A DNA stretch of 64,000 bases from Clostridia bacterium (GCA_017403185.1 JAFQON010000047.1:9253-73252); one strand, 5' to 3'. Shown: positions 8,484 to 18,203, counted from the stretch's first letter. Translations and numbers: made by a program. Notes: generated by a model from the sequence alone, not told the origin.

Positions 8484-9620
8484 TCAGTCCTCCGTATAGC
8501 TGCCGAGGTAGCTGAATTGCTCGGCATCGTGTTCAAGCTCATTGAGAAGAATGCGCAGATTCTCCGAATAAACGGAAGCATCTATATCAAAGTAGAACAT
8601 GAATTCAAAGTTCGTGCCGGGCAGGTGGCGGCTTTCAAGCTTTGTCATGTTAAGGCCGAGGGCGGCAAAGCTTGAAATGATGTTGTAAAGCGAGCCGGGT
8701 TTGTGCGGAATTGTCATCATGATGCTTGTTTTGTTAGCGCCCGGATAGACCTCAAGCTTCTTTGAGATGCAGATGAAACGGGTGTAGTTGTTATCGGTGT
8801 TTTGAATTCCGCTTTTAAGCACATGAAGACCGTAAAGCTCGGCGCAGTCCTTTGAGCCGATTGCGGCGCAGTCTCTTCTGCCGCCGGTTGCAACTTTTTT
8901 TGCCGCAACTGCGGTGTTTTCACAAACAGTCACCTTGACTCCGAGCTTCGCAAGGTATTCCGAGCACTGATTGAGCGCCTGTTCATGCGAGAAAACCTCT
9001 TTGATGTCGCTCAGCTCAACTCCTTCGGGGGCGAGAAGTGTGTGACCGATGAAGAGCTTTAAGCTGTGAGTGATATAGAATTTATACTTGTTCATAAGGT
9101 CATAGACCTTGTTGACAGAGCCTGCGGTGCTGTTTTCAACGGGCAGAATTCCGTAGCGGCACATACCGCTGTCAACCGCCTTGAAAACATCCTCAAAGCC
9201 CGAAAAATACATGATTGAGGGATAGGTGAACATCTTGTCGCAGGCAAACTGCGAGTATGCGCCCTCAACGCCCTGACAGGCAACGGTTGCTCTCTCGGGT
9301 CTTGCGGCGGGTGTGCCCGTTGTGGCTTCTGCCAGCATTTTTGAAAATTTCGATTCGGGGTAAATTATTCTTTTCTGATATGAACGGCTCAACTCGAAAA
9401 TCGTCTGATAAAGAGTTTTTGTGTAGCTCTGAAGATCCTCCGAAACATTCGCCGTTGCGTTGTTGAGCACTTCTCTTTCACGCTCTCTGTTGAAAACAGG
9501 CACATTGTTCTCCTGCTTATATTTTCCGACTTCGGCTGCAACCTTCATTCGCTCTTCAAAAAGCTTTGTCAGCTCGTCGTCGATAATATCAATTCTGTTA
9601 CGAAGTTCAAGTAAATCCAT
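8484..9620 (-). CDS. pheA: Chorismate mutase / prephenate dehydratase
   Basis: LRNRIDIID CM domain, PVENSTAGSV, SHEQAL, NYTRF, KLESR ACT domain. Confidence 0.95.
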   Translation of the reverse strand: MDLLELRNRIDIIDDELTKLFEERMKVAAEVGKYKQENNVPVFNREREREVLNNATANVSEDLQSYTKTLYQTIFELSRSYQKRIIYPESKFSKMLAEATTGTPAARPERATVACQGVEGAYSQFACDKMFTYPSIMYFSGFEDVFKAVDSGMCRYGILPVENSTAGSVNKVYDLMNKYKFYITHSLKLFIGHTLLAPEGVELSDIKEVFSHEQALNQCSEYLAKLGVKVTVCENTAVAAKKVATGGRRDCAAIGSKDCAELYGLHVLKSGIQNTDNNYTRFICISKKLEVYPGANKTSIMMTIPHKPGSLYNIISSFAALGLNMTKLESRHLPGTNFEFMFYFDIDASVYSENLRILLNELEHDAEQFSYLGSYTED

Positions 9621-9629
9621 TTTTATACC

Positions 9630-10706
9630 TCATCCTAAAAGAAAATCTGCAATAACAACAGCCGCTGCCGCTTCAATGCACGGCACGGCACGGGGCACGA
9701 TGCAGGGGTCATGCCTGCCGCCGATAACGAGGCTTTCTTCTTCACCCGTTTCGGTGTTGACTGATTGCTGCTCAATGCCGATTGACGGCGTGGGCTTCAC
9801 CGCACAGCGGAAAATAACGGGCATACCCGATGAAATTCCGCCGAGAATTCCGCCGTGATTATTCGTGGCGGTTTTTATTTTGCCGTTTTCGCTGATGAAA
9901 TCATCATTATTTTCACTGCCAAGCATTTTGGCACTTTCAAAGCCTGCACCGAATTCGATTCCCTTGATTGCGGGAATACCGAAAACTGCGGCGGCGATTC
10001 TGTTTTCAATTCCGTCAAAAATCGGGTCGCCTATGCCTGCTGGCACACCGACAACGGCACATTCGATTGTGCCGCCCACGGAATCGCCCTTGCCCTTTGC
10101 ATCATAAATCTCCTTTCGCATCAGCTCACCCTGCTTATCGTCGATAACGGGGAAGCATTTTGTGAGAAGAGCATCAAAATCCGCCGCATTAACATTCACG
10201 GGGTCAAACTTTTTATCATCTGATTTGCCGATTGAAGAAATGTGAGCGCCGATGCGAATTCCCTTTTCTTCAAGCATCTGCATACAAACCGCACCCGCAA
10301 AGCAGAGGGGAGCGGTAAGCCTGCCGCTGAAGTTGCCGCCGCCTCTGATATCGTTGAAGCCGTTGTGCTTCATCATGGCGGCAAAATCGCTGTGTGACGG
10401 TCGGGGCAGAATGCGCAGCTTATCGTAATCGCCCGAGCGTGTGTTGGTGTTTTCAATTACGGCACAAAGGGGAGCGCCGCAGGTGACATTATCAACAACG
10501 CCCGAGAGGATTTTCACTTCGTCTGCCTCTTTTCTTGGAGTTGAGAGGTCGTTTCTGCCGGGGGCACGCCTTGCCATGAAGGCGGCGACTTTTTCGGTGT
10601 CGATTTTAAAGCCTGCAGGCAGACCGTCAATCACAACGCCGATTGCCTCGGAATGCGACTGACCGAAAATTGTTATTTTGATGTTGTTTCCGAAATTACA
10701 GGACAC
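9630..10706 (-). CDS. aroC: Chorismate synthase
   Basis: FGQSHS, RPSHSD, RGGGNFSGR, VKPTPSI, GRHDPCIVPRA; GTG start at 10706 after GGAGG. Confidence 0.95.
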   Translation of the reverse strand: MSCNFGNNIKITIFGQSHSEAIGVVIDGLPAGFKIDTEKVAAFMARRAPGRNDLSTPRKEADEVKILSGVVDNVTCGAPLCAVIENTNTRSGDYDKLRILPRPSHSDFAAMMKHNGFNDIRGGGNFSGRLTAPLCFAGAVCMQMLEEKGIRIGAHISSIGKSDDKKFDPVNVNAADFDALLTKCFPVIDDKQGELMRKEIYDAKGKGDSVGGTIECAVVGVPAGIGDPIFDGIENRIAAAVFGIPAIKGIEFGAGFESAKMLGSENNDDFISENGKIKTATNNHGGILGGISSGMPVIFRCAVKPTPSIGIEQQSVNTETGEEESLVIGGRHDPCIVPRAVPCIEAAAAVVIADFLLG

Positions 10707-11916
10707 GGGCTTTGCCTCCCAATCTGTTATAGTCTTCAAAAAATGAGGGGTAGGATTTGTTGACTGCCCCGGCATTGCGGATTATCACATTGCCCGAGCA
10801 TCTGACGGCTGCAACCGCCGCAGCCATTGCGATTCTGTGGTCATTGAATGACGGCGTTTCGCCGCCGGTAAGAGTTTTTTTGCCGTTTATTATCATTCCG
10901 TCATCGGTTTCACGGATATCAGCACCGAGTGAGCGGAGCATTTCGCAGGTGGTCTGAATTCTGTCGCTTTCTTTTATGCGCAGCCTTTCGCCGTTATAAA
11001 TAACGGTTTCGCCCTCTGCAGTTGCGGCAACAGCCGCTATAACGGGCACGGCATCGGGAATATCGGCGGCATTTACACGGCAGCCGTGAAGGGCGGAAAC
11101 ATCGGCTTTATAACTGCCTGCAATTTTTGCGCCCATACTTTTAAGCACATCAATTATCGCCTTGTCGCCCTGAGTTGAGTCGGGGTTAAGACCCGTTACC
11201 TCTGCCCCCATGCACAGCGGGAAGGCAGCGTTTGACCAATCGGCTTCAACGGTGAAATCGCAGCCGTTGAGACTGCATGAATTTATATAAAATGTATTAT
11301 TTTCTTCTTTGATATCAGCCCCGAAGGTGCGGAGCACCTGCAGAGTTATGTTAATATAGGGTCTTGACTGCACGGGGGGCAGCAGATTGATTTTGCCGCC
11401 GCCGAGATATGAAAGAGCCGTGAGCAGACCCGTCACAAATTGCGAGCTTACATCGCCCCTGAGCGTAAATTCGCCTGCGGAAATTCTGCCCGAAGCTTTG
11501 AGGGGAAAGGTATCTGAAATGCTTGCGCCCATACGGATTAATTCCTCTTTGAGCGGTGAAAGAGGCCTTTCGGGCAGCCTGCCCGAGCCGTGAATTTCAC
11601 AATTCATGCCCAATGCACTGATAACGGGGAGCAAAAAACGGATTGTTGAGCCGCTTTCGCCGCAGTCGATAACCGCTCTGTCGGGGATTTTTTCAATCGG
11701 TGTAACGGTGTAAGTGCTGCCGCTTATATCAATCGCTGCGCCCATGTTTCTCAGGCAGCCCACGGTTGCCTCAATATCCGCAGAGTTTGTGTTTATTCTG
11801 ATTTGGCTTTTGCCCTTTGCGAGTGCGGCGCAGATAAGCGCCCTGTGCGCAAAGGATTTTGAGGCGATGCCCTCAATGCTGCCCGATATCGGGGCAGGGG
11901 TGATAAGAATATCCAT
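10696..11916 (-). CDS. aroA: EPSP synthase
   Basis: SKSFAHR, CGESGST, SSQF, LRIKESDR, NDHRIAM, KSYPSF. Confidence 0.96.
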   Translation of the reverse strand: MDILITPAPISGSIEGIASKSFAHRALICAALAKGKSQIRINTNSADIEATVGCLRNMGAAIDISGSTYTVTPIEKIPDRAVIDCGESGSTIRFLLPVISALGMNCEIHGSGRLPERPLSPLKEELIRMGASISDTFPLKASGRISAGEFTLRGDVSSQFVTGLLTALSYLGGGKINLLPPVQSRPYINITLQVLRTFGADIKEENNTFYINSCSLNGCDFTVEADWSNAAFPLCMGAEVTGLNPDSTQGDKAIIDVLKSMGAKIAGSYKADVSALHGCRVNAADIPDAVPVIAAVAATAEGETVIYNGERLRIKESDRIQTTCEMLRSLGADIRETDDGMIINGKKTLTGGETPSFNDHRIAMAAAVAAVRCSGNVIIRNAGAVNKSYPSFFEDYNRLGGKARVL

Positions 11917-12377
11917 TATAAATTTAACTCCAATTTTAATCTTTGCGGAGTGTATCCGAGCTTTTCATAAAGTCTGATTGCCGTTTCGTTGAATGACCAC
12001 ACATCAAGTGTGATTTGCGTTGTGCCTGTTTCACTTGCGATTCTTTTTATTTCGTCAAGCAAACCGCTTGCAATGCCCTGGCGCCTGAATGAAGGGTCAA
12101 CATAAATTTCGTGAATATGAATAAGATTCTTTTCGGTCCATATTTTATCACCGACATGGCGGATAAGAGCCTTGATGTGCCCTGCAGGCTGCCCGTTCTT
12201 TTCTGCTATGAGAATTACCCATTTCTTGTTTTTCAGAACTTTTTTATATTCTCTTTTTGAAAGCTCGGGAGCTTTCTTTATTATATCGGGTCGGTTTTCA
12301 ACATGATTAAGGAAAATCTGCCTTGAAAATTCCGCTACTGTTTGGTAATCGTTGATATTGGCACATCTTATTGTCAC
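11916..12377 (-). CDS. GNAT family N-acetyltransferase
   Basis: IYVDPSFRRQGIAS acetyl-CoA motif; NETAIRLYEKLGY. Confidence 0.9.
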   Translation of the reverse strand: MTIRCANINDYQTVAEFSRQIFLNHVENRPDIIKKAPELSKREYKKVLKNKKWVILIAEKNGQPAGHIKALIRHVGDKIWTEKNLIHIHEIYVDPSFRRQGIASGLLDEIKRIASETGTTQITLDVWSFNETAIRLYEKLGYTPQRLKLELNL

Positions 12378-12601
12378 ACAAATCTCTCCTTTTGCTTTTT
12401 ACCTATAAGACGAAACGGAACGAGGTTTGGTTTACAGTTTATTTTCTTTTTTAGACAATACCTTAAAGGATTATTATCAATATACTGCCAAGCTTCAAGA
12501 TAGTGGTTTTCATGTGTGTTGATTGTGACATAATAATATCCGTTGCTGCCGTAATCATAATTCTTCAGGCGAGGATGTTTTTTTGGCAGTTGTGCGTTCA
12601 T
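12374..12601 (-). pseudogene. Internally deleted REP-associated (Y1/IS200-like) tyrosine transposase remnant
   Basis: N-terminal RLKNYDYGSNGYYYVTINT joined directly to C-terminal YLEAWQYIDNNP; the central HUH-containing core is absent. Confidence 0.7.
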
Positions 12602-12602
12602 T

Positions 12603-13655
12603 TTAATTCACACACTCCGCAATCTGATACAATACATCAACAGGTATTTTTTTCAAAACACATCTGCCCGTAACCTCGGGCACAACAAAGTTGATTGTGC
12701 CGCCCGTGCGTTTTTTATCGGAAAGTGCAGCGTCTGCAAGGTCTGCAGGTGCAAATGCGCATTCAACGGGCAGGTTGTTGTTTTTGTTGGCATCAATTAT
12801 CGCCTGAGTGCAGTCCTCATCGCTCCAGCCGAGCCTTGCACTCGCCCTTGCGGCAATAACCATGCCGATTGCAACGGCAGAGCCGTGCTCAATTTCAAAA
12901 TCACTGCATTTTTCAATGGAATGAGCCATTGTGTGGCCGAAGTTGAGAAGCTGCCTGTCGCCTTTGTCGAATTCGTCACGGGCAACAACATCTCTTTTAA
13001 GCTCAACACATCTGGCAATGATGCTTTCTATATCTGATTTTACATCTCCGCCGCTCACTTTGTCAAATAAATCCTTATCAAAGATAACGCCGTATTTGAT
13101 GACCTCCGCCATGCCGTTTGCAAATTCGTTTTCGGGCAGGGTTGACAGGGTATCCGTATCACAGAGCACAAGCTCGGGCTGATAGAATGCGCCCATGAGA
13201 TTTTTGCCTGCCGTGAGATTAACCGCAGTTTTGCCGCCTACGGATGAATCAACCGCCGCAAGCAGGGTGGTGGGCACCTGCACAAACGGAATACCGCGCA
13301 GATAAAGTGATGCGGCAAGCCCCGTCATATCGCCCGTTACGCCGCCGCCGAGGGCAACGGCAAAATCGCTTCTTGTGAGCTTGCTTTGAGCCATAAATTC
13401 AATCAATTCAAAAAGAGTGGCTGTATTTTTTGATTCTTCGCCTGCCGTGAAGGTGAAAACCGATGCTTCAACCCCTGCGAGCTGAAGACTCTGTTGGGTT
13501 TTGTCAAGCCAAAGAGGCGCAACATTTGAATCTGTTACAATAACCGCTCTGCTTTTGCCGAAAAGCGAAACGCATCTTTCACCGAGAGAGGTGAGAATAC
13601 CTTTGCCGATTACAACATCATATTCTTTTGAAGCATTAACTCTGATAATTTCCAT
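12603..13655 (-). CDS. aroB: 3-dehydroquinate synthase
   Basis: ALGGGVTGD, PTTLLAAVDSSVGGKT, LNFGHTMAH, DKK. Confidence 0.96.
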   Translation of the reverse strand: MEIIRVNASKEYDVVIGKGILTSLGERCVSLFGKSRAVIVTDSNVAPLWLDKTQQSLQLAGVEASVFTFTAGEESKNTATLFELIEFMAQSKLTRSDFAVALGGGVTGDMTGLAASLYLRGIPFVQVPTTLLAAVDSSVGGKTAVNLTAGKNLMGAFYQPELVLCDTDTLSTLPENEFANGMAEVIKYGVIFDKDLFDKVSGGDVKSDIESIIARCVELKRDVVARDEFDKGDRQLLNFGHTMAHSIEKCSDFEIEHGSAVAIGMVIAARASARLGWSDEDCTQAIIDANKNNNLPVECAFAPADLADAALSDKKRTGGTINFVVPEVTGRCVLKKIPVDVLYQIAECVN

Positions 13656-13663
13656 TTTTATTC

Positions 13664-14494
13664 CTACTTTGCCTGTTTTTTGCTGTCCGTGCCTTCTTTG
13701 AGAAGAGCGACAAGACCTTCTCTGTCATCCGCTTTAAGTGCTGCGCTGTATTCGCTGAGCCTTTCAACAAGGAAGTCAATTTCCGCACAGAGGTTATCCT
13801 TATTTTCAAAGAAAAGCTCTGTCCACATTTTTTCGTTGAGCTTTGAAACCCTTGTCAGGTCTCTGTAGCTGCCTGCCGAAAAGCCCTTTTGCTTAACTGC
13901 CGTATGGCTTTTTACATAAGCGTTTGAAATAATATGCGGAAGCTGAGAAGTGAACGCTATTACTTTATCATGTTCTTCGGGAGTTGTAAAGTTAATTGCG
14001 CCGAAGCCTGCGTCGTTGAGTGTGTTTCTCAGCTTTTCGAGAATACGGATATCCGTGTTTTCCTTGGGAGTAACAATCATTGTGGCGTTTTTGAAAAGGT
14101 TTGCTCTTGATGCGTTGAAGCCTGAAAACTGTGTGCCCGCCATGGGGTGTGCGCCGATAAATATAAAGCCGTTTTCTTCTGCAAGCTTTTCGCAGGGAGT
14201 GCAGATTGGCCGCTTAACACCGCCGCAGTCTGCAACGATTGCCCCCTTTTTGATTTTCGCCGCATTGGCTTCAACGAATTCGACTGTCGCCTGCGGGTAA
14301 AGGGCAATAAAAATCATATCCATTTCGCTGATGTTTTCGCTGTTCATTTCGCCTGTGATTGCCTCAACCATTTTTGCAGCAAGCAGTGAGCTTCTGTTGC
14401 GGTCAAGACCGTATACCTCGTGCCTGCCGCTTTCGGTCAGTGCTCTTGCGAGTGAGCCGCCGATAAGACCCAGACCGACTACTCCGATTTTCAT
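13664..14494 (-). CDS. tyrA: Prephenate/arogenate dehydrogenase
   Basis: GLGLIGGS, HPMAG, HD...SQLPH, SYRDLTRV. Confidence 0.93.
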   Translation of the reverse strand: MKIGVVGLGLIGGSLARALTESGRHEVYGLDRNRSSLLAAKMVEAITGEMNSENISEMDMIFIALYPQATVEFVEANAAKIKKGAIVADCGGVKRPICTPCEKLAEENGFIFIGAHPMAGTQFSGFNASRANLFKNATMIVTPKENTDIRILEKLRNTLNDAGFGAINFTTPEEHDKVIAFTSQLPHIISNAYVKSHTAVKQKGFSAGSYRDLTRVSKLNEKMWTELFFENKDNLCAEIDFLVERLSEYSAALKADDREGLVALLKEGTDSKKQAK

Positions 14495-14503
14495 AATATC
14501 ACC

Positions 14504-15511
14504 TTAAAACCTTGTCATTATTTCTCTGATTGCATTTGCTTCCTTGACCACCTTTGCGAATTCCTCGGGGCGGAGTGCCTGAGGACCGTCGCACAAAGCG
14601 TGTGCAGGGTCATTGTGAACTTCAATCATAAGTCCGTCGGCACCTGCCGCAACCGCCGCAAGGGCAAGTGGTCTCACCATTCTTGCCATACCTGCCGCAT
14701 GGCTGGGGTCAGCAATAACGGGAAGATGAGTTTTCTCTTTAAGAAGGGCAATGGCGGAGATATCCATTGTGTTGCGTGTGTAATGCTCAAAGGTTCTTAT
14801 GCCTCTTTCGCAGAGCATAACCTTGCTGTTGCCGCCTGCCATAATGTATTCCGCACTCATGAGAAGCTCTTCCATGGTGGCTGCAAGACCTCTTTTGAGG
14901 AGAATGGGTTTGTCTGTTTTGCCAAGCTCCTTGAGAAGCTCAAAGTTCTGCATATTTCTTGCGCCGACCTGAATAACATCAACATCTTCAAACAGCGGAA
15001 GATGGGAAAGATCCATAATTTCGGTAACGATTGGTGTGCCCGTTTTTTCTCTTGCTGTTTTGAGAAGCTCAAGACCTTCTGCCCTCATGCCCTGAAATGC
15101 GTAGGGTGAGGTGCGGGGCTTGAATGCGCCGCCTCGCAGAAGATTTGCGCCTGCCGCTTTTATGTCATCAGCGATTGAACAAATTTGCTCGGGTGATTCG
15201 ACTGAGCAGGGGCCTGCGATAAACTGAAAGCTGCCGCCGCCGATTTTGTGACCGCAGATATCAATAACCGTATCCTCGGGATGGAACTTTCTGTTTGCAT
15301 TTTTATAAGGCTCGCTTATGCGGGCAACACTGCTTACGATGTTGAGCCCTTCAATCAGGTCAATATCAACATGGCTTGTGTCACCCACAAGGCCGAGAAT
15401 GGTGTCAAACTGTCCGTCGCTACGGTGAATTGTAAGGTTGAGGCTTTCAAGCCACTCCGTAAGATTCTGAATCTGTGCCTCATTTGTTCCTTTTTTAATT
15501 GATACAATCAT
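14504..15511 (-). CDS. aroF: DAHP synthase type I-beta with N-terminal regulatory domain
   Basis: [40 protein letters not shown]. Confidence 0.96.
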   Translation of the reverse strand: MIVSIKKGTNEAQIQNLTEWLESLNLTIHRSDGQFDTILGLVGDTSHVDIDLIEGLNIVSSVARISEPYKNANRKFHPEDTVIDICGHKIGGGSFQFIAGPCSVESPEQICSIADDIKAAGANLLRGGAFKPRTSPYAFQGMRAEGLELLKTAREKTGTPIVTEIMDLSHLPLFEDVDVIQVGARNMQNFELLKELGKTDKPILLKRGLAATMEELLMSAEYIMAGGNSKVMLCERGIRTFEHYTRNTMDISAIALLKEKTHLPVIADPSHAAGMARMVRPLALAAVAAGADGLMIEVHNDPAHALCDGPQALRPEEFAKVVKEANAIREIMTRF

Positions 15512-15548
15512 TTTAATTTACCTCCGAAATATTAGCAACAGTATTTTC

Positions 15549-15588
15549 AAAAAAATTAACCCCGCAGTGTAAATTTCACTGCGGGGTG
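15549..15588 (-). terminator. Attenuator terminator in aro operon leader
   Basis: ACCCCGCAGTG-aaattta-CACTGCGGGGT followed by TAATTTTTTT on the minus strand, between promoter and aroF. Confidence 0.85.
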
Positions 15589-15638
15589 TTATAAACCTCA
15601 TTGATGTTTTTCAGCAAAACTTACCAAACCCTATCAAA

Positions 15639-15692
15639 TTACTTGATAAAGTAAAAGTAAAAATATGCTGCTGAGAAAACATTTTTAACCAT
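15639..15692 (-). CDS. Phe/Tyr-rich leader peptide MVKNVFSAAYFYFYFIK
   Basis: ATG GTT AAA AAT GTT TTC TCA GCA GCA TAT TTT TAC TTT TAC TTT ATC AAG TAA, preceded by AGAGGT RBS, upstream of the terminator and aroF. Confidence 0.85.
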   Translation of the reverse strand: MVKNVFSAAYFYFYFIK

Positions 15693-15724
15693 TGAAAATA
15701 CCTCTGTTGATTTTTGATGGGTAT

Positions 15725-15753
15725 AGAATAGCACTATGAAATCCGTTTGTCAA
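15725..15753 (-). promoter_or_regulatory. sigma-A promoter of aro operon
   Basis: TTGACA-17nt-TATTCT with extended TG. Confidence 0.7.
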
Positions 15754-15801
15754 GGGGTTTTTGCAAAAAACTTCAGCGATTTAAAGCGTTTACCTGATAA
15801 A

Positions 15802-16326
15802 TCATCGGTTTTCTATTGAAATCTGGCAAACCGCCATTGCATTCAGAGCATTTTCGTGGCTTTCGGGGGTGACTCCCGCACAGCACGCCGCATCAACAAT
15901 AACCGGGGTTTCGGGCAGAAAAGCCTTGATAATCATAGCGTTGGAGATAACGCAGATATCCGTGCAAAGTCCGATAAGGGTTATGCTTTCGATTTTCTCT
16001 TCGTAGGTGTCGTATGCTTTTAAAAGCTGACCGAGGGCAACACTGCCGAAGGCGGGCTTGTCCACAGGCTCTTCTTTGCGCAACGCATCAAGCCCGGCGT
16101 TAATCTGCCAGCCGTCGGTGCCTTTGATGCAGTGCTCAACGGGCAGATTCCTGCCTTCCTGAGTGGAGAGGTAATCAGCCTCGTGAGTGTCACGGGTAAA
16201 AATCACTCTGCCGTCAAAGTCTTCGATTTTTGCCTTCACGGCGGGAAGAATCGCAACAGCCTCTTTTGTGCCGAGCGCACCGTCTATGAAATCGTTTTGC
16301 ATATCAACAACAATCAGGATTTTCAT
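15802..16326 (-). CDS. Isochorismatase-family cysteine hydrolase (nicotinamidase-like)
   Basis: VVDMQNDF, FTRDTH, PVEHC, DKPAFGS, GLCTDICV. Confidence 0.88.
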   Translation of the reverse strand: MKILIVVDMQNDFIDGALGTKEAVAILPAVKAKIEDFDGRVIFTRDTHEADYLSTQEGRNLPVEHCIKGTDGWQINAGLDALRKEEPVDKPAFGSVALGQLLKAYDTYEEKIESITLIGLCTDICVISNAMIIKAFLPETPVIVDAACCAGVTPESHENALNAMAVCQISIENR

Positions 16327-16337
16327 AAAAACATCTC

Positions 16338-18203
16338 CTATTCAAACAGGTCGGGGTCGTTGGCGTAGGGATTTTCGATGCCGTTTTTATCGTAATAAGC
16401 CTGCGGATATTTAGGCTCTTTGTTCATCACGGGCAGGCTGATATCCACGGCAAGCGCTTCGCCCTCACGCAGAAGCCTTCCCACCACAACAAGCCTTGCA
16501 TCCTCAAAATCGTAGCAGCAGGTTGAGAGGGTTATTATTTTATCGTTTTCGTTGATGTCAACGCCCGTGGTGTAAAGCTTGCGCTTGTCAATCTCGGCGA
16601 TGTAATTTGCAAACTGCGAATTGCCTGCAGCAGTGAAAATGTAATTGAAAACATGGCCGTTATCGTCGCTTGCCTTACTGTTTGAAATAAAGACGGCATA
16701 TATTTTGAATTTGTATTCGCCGTAGAGCGTGTTCATTGTGATGAACGGAGCCTTTTTGAAGCCGTCAATCTCTCTGTATTGCTCAAGTGTGCCGAAAATC
16801 TTATCGTCATGCCTCATATTGTGACCGTAGACAATCGTGTTGCGGTCAAGTGACTGCAGGGTGTTGCGGTAGTCGAAGAAGGGCACACCGTAGTTGGTGC
16901 TTTTGCCGTAGAAATCCCTTCGTTCATAATATTTATTGTCGGTTGACTGAACAACATAGGAGTCAATATTCATTTCGGGAATGGATATCCAGCCCTCAAA
17001 ATCATTGTTAAGTGCGTAGAGGTCGGCATATGCGGGGTTCATGCCCGCAGGGAATTCAACATCGGGGTATTTTGCTCTTATTTCTTCCCACGGGTCTTTG
17101 CCCTGCTGCGTTGTTGCAGTCATTGAAGCAAGCTCTTCAGACTGTTTGCTCGATTTATAAGGTTCAATCAGATAATAATTGAGAAGGAAGAGAACGCTTA
17201 CGGCAAAGGTGATGCAGGCGATTACAAGAACGCTTCTGCGTATTATTTCAGCCTTCGGCAGCTTCTTTTTTTCGCCTTTTGATTTTTTTGGCGGCTTTTT
17301 GCCGTTTATATCGGCAGCAAGTTCCTCAATGCCTGCGTATCGCTCGGATTTATCGGGTGCAAGAGCCTTTTCAATTATTTTACGCTCGTTTTCGGCGAGG
17401 GTATCGGGAAATTTCAGCCCTTTGCCCTGCCCTCTCTGCTCTGCGGAAGGCGGCAGGAAGCCCGTTACCGCTTCATAAAGAATTGCACCGATTGCATAAA
17501 CATCGGTGTATGAGCCGCAGTGCTTTGCACCGAGCTGCTTTTCGGGCGCATCAAAGGGTGCACGGGTGCTTTTCGGCGGGTATGAATAGCCTGTGAGTGC
17601 CGTTATTTTACCGTCGTTTGTGACGATTGAATACGGGGTGATGCTGCCGTGCCATTTGCCCGCCTTTTCAAGCTTGCGGGCGCAGTCTGTTAACGGTTCA
17701 AGCAGCTTTGCCGCCCTTGTGAAGGACATCATTCTGCCGTTGCCGATAAGGGATGACAGCGGGGTGCCCGTCGGCACGGAGCAAACATAATACATGGTTG
17801 AGTTTTCGGCAAAGCAGTTCTCAAAATCGAGTATGCTCATTTTCGAAACCGAACAAAGCTTCACGAAATGGGAGTAGTAGGCGGCAATCTCCTTATCGCC
17901 TCTTGCTGCCGCCTCTTCGCTGAGATATTTGACGATAACCTCGTCGGGCAGGCGGTGCATCAGCTTCTGCGGCAGGTATTCAAATATCTTGACCCTCTGA
18001 CGGGTTTGCGTGTCAAGTGCATAATATATAAGGAAGGATTTTGCCCTTGAAAACGCTCCGCCGAGCACATATCTTCCGTTGAGCTTTGTGCCGAGAGGCA
18101 GCGAATTCTCAAAATTCTTTTGCTCACTGCCGTTAAAGCCGCAGCTCGGGCAGACGGTTTCGGTGTCGTTGCATTCCGCAAGGCAATTTATACAGCGTTT
18201 CAA
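16338..18203 (-). CDS. Zn-ribbon + degenerate Ser/Thr kinase-like domain + TM helix + class B sortase fusion
   Basis: CINC..CPSC; LNGRY, F.EN.TMYYV, APE, TDVYAIGAILYEAVTG kinase scaffold; TM SVLVIACITFAVSVLFLL; sortase B VYGHNM, TLSTC, RLVVVGR; TTG start overlaps upstream TGA. Confidence 0.85.
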   Translation of the reverse strand: MKRCINCLAECNDTETVCPSCGFNGSEQKNFENSLPLGTKLNGRYVLGGAFSRAKSFLIYYALDTQTRQRVKIFEYLPQKLMHRLPDEVIVKYLSEEAAARGDKEIAAYYSHFVKLCSVSKMSILDFENCFAENSTMYYVCSVPTGTPLSSLIGNGRMMSFTRAAKLLEPLTDCARKLEKAGKWHGSITPYSIVTNDGKITALTGYSYPPKSTRAPFDAPEKQLGAKHCGSYTDVYAIGAILYEAVTGFLPPSAEQRGQGKGLKFPDTLAENERKIIEKALAPDKSERYAGIEELAADINGKKPPKKSKGEKKKLPKAEIIRRSVLVIACITFAVSVLFLLNYYLIEPYKSSKQSEELASMTATTQQGKDPWEEIRAKYPDVEFPAGMNPAYADLYALNNDFEGWISIPEMNIDSYVVQSTDNKYYERRDFYGKSTNYGVPFFDYRNTLQSLDRNTIVYGHNMRHDDKIFGTLEQYREIDGFKKAPFITMNTLYGEYKFKIYAVFISNSKASDDNGHVFNYIFTAAGNSQFANYIAEIDKRKLYTTGVDINENDKIITLSTCCYDFEDARLVVVGRLLREGEALAVDISLPVMNKEPKYPQAYYDKNGIENPYANDPDLFE

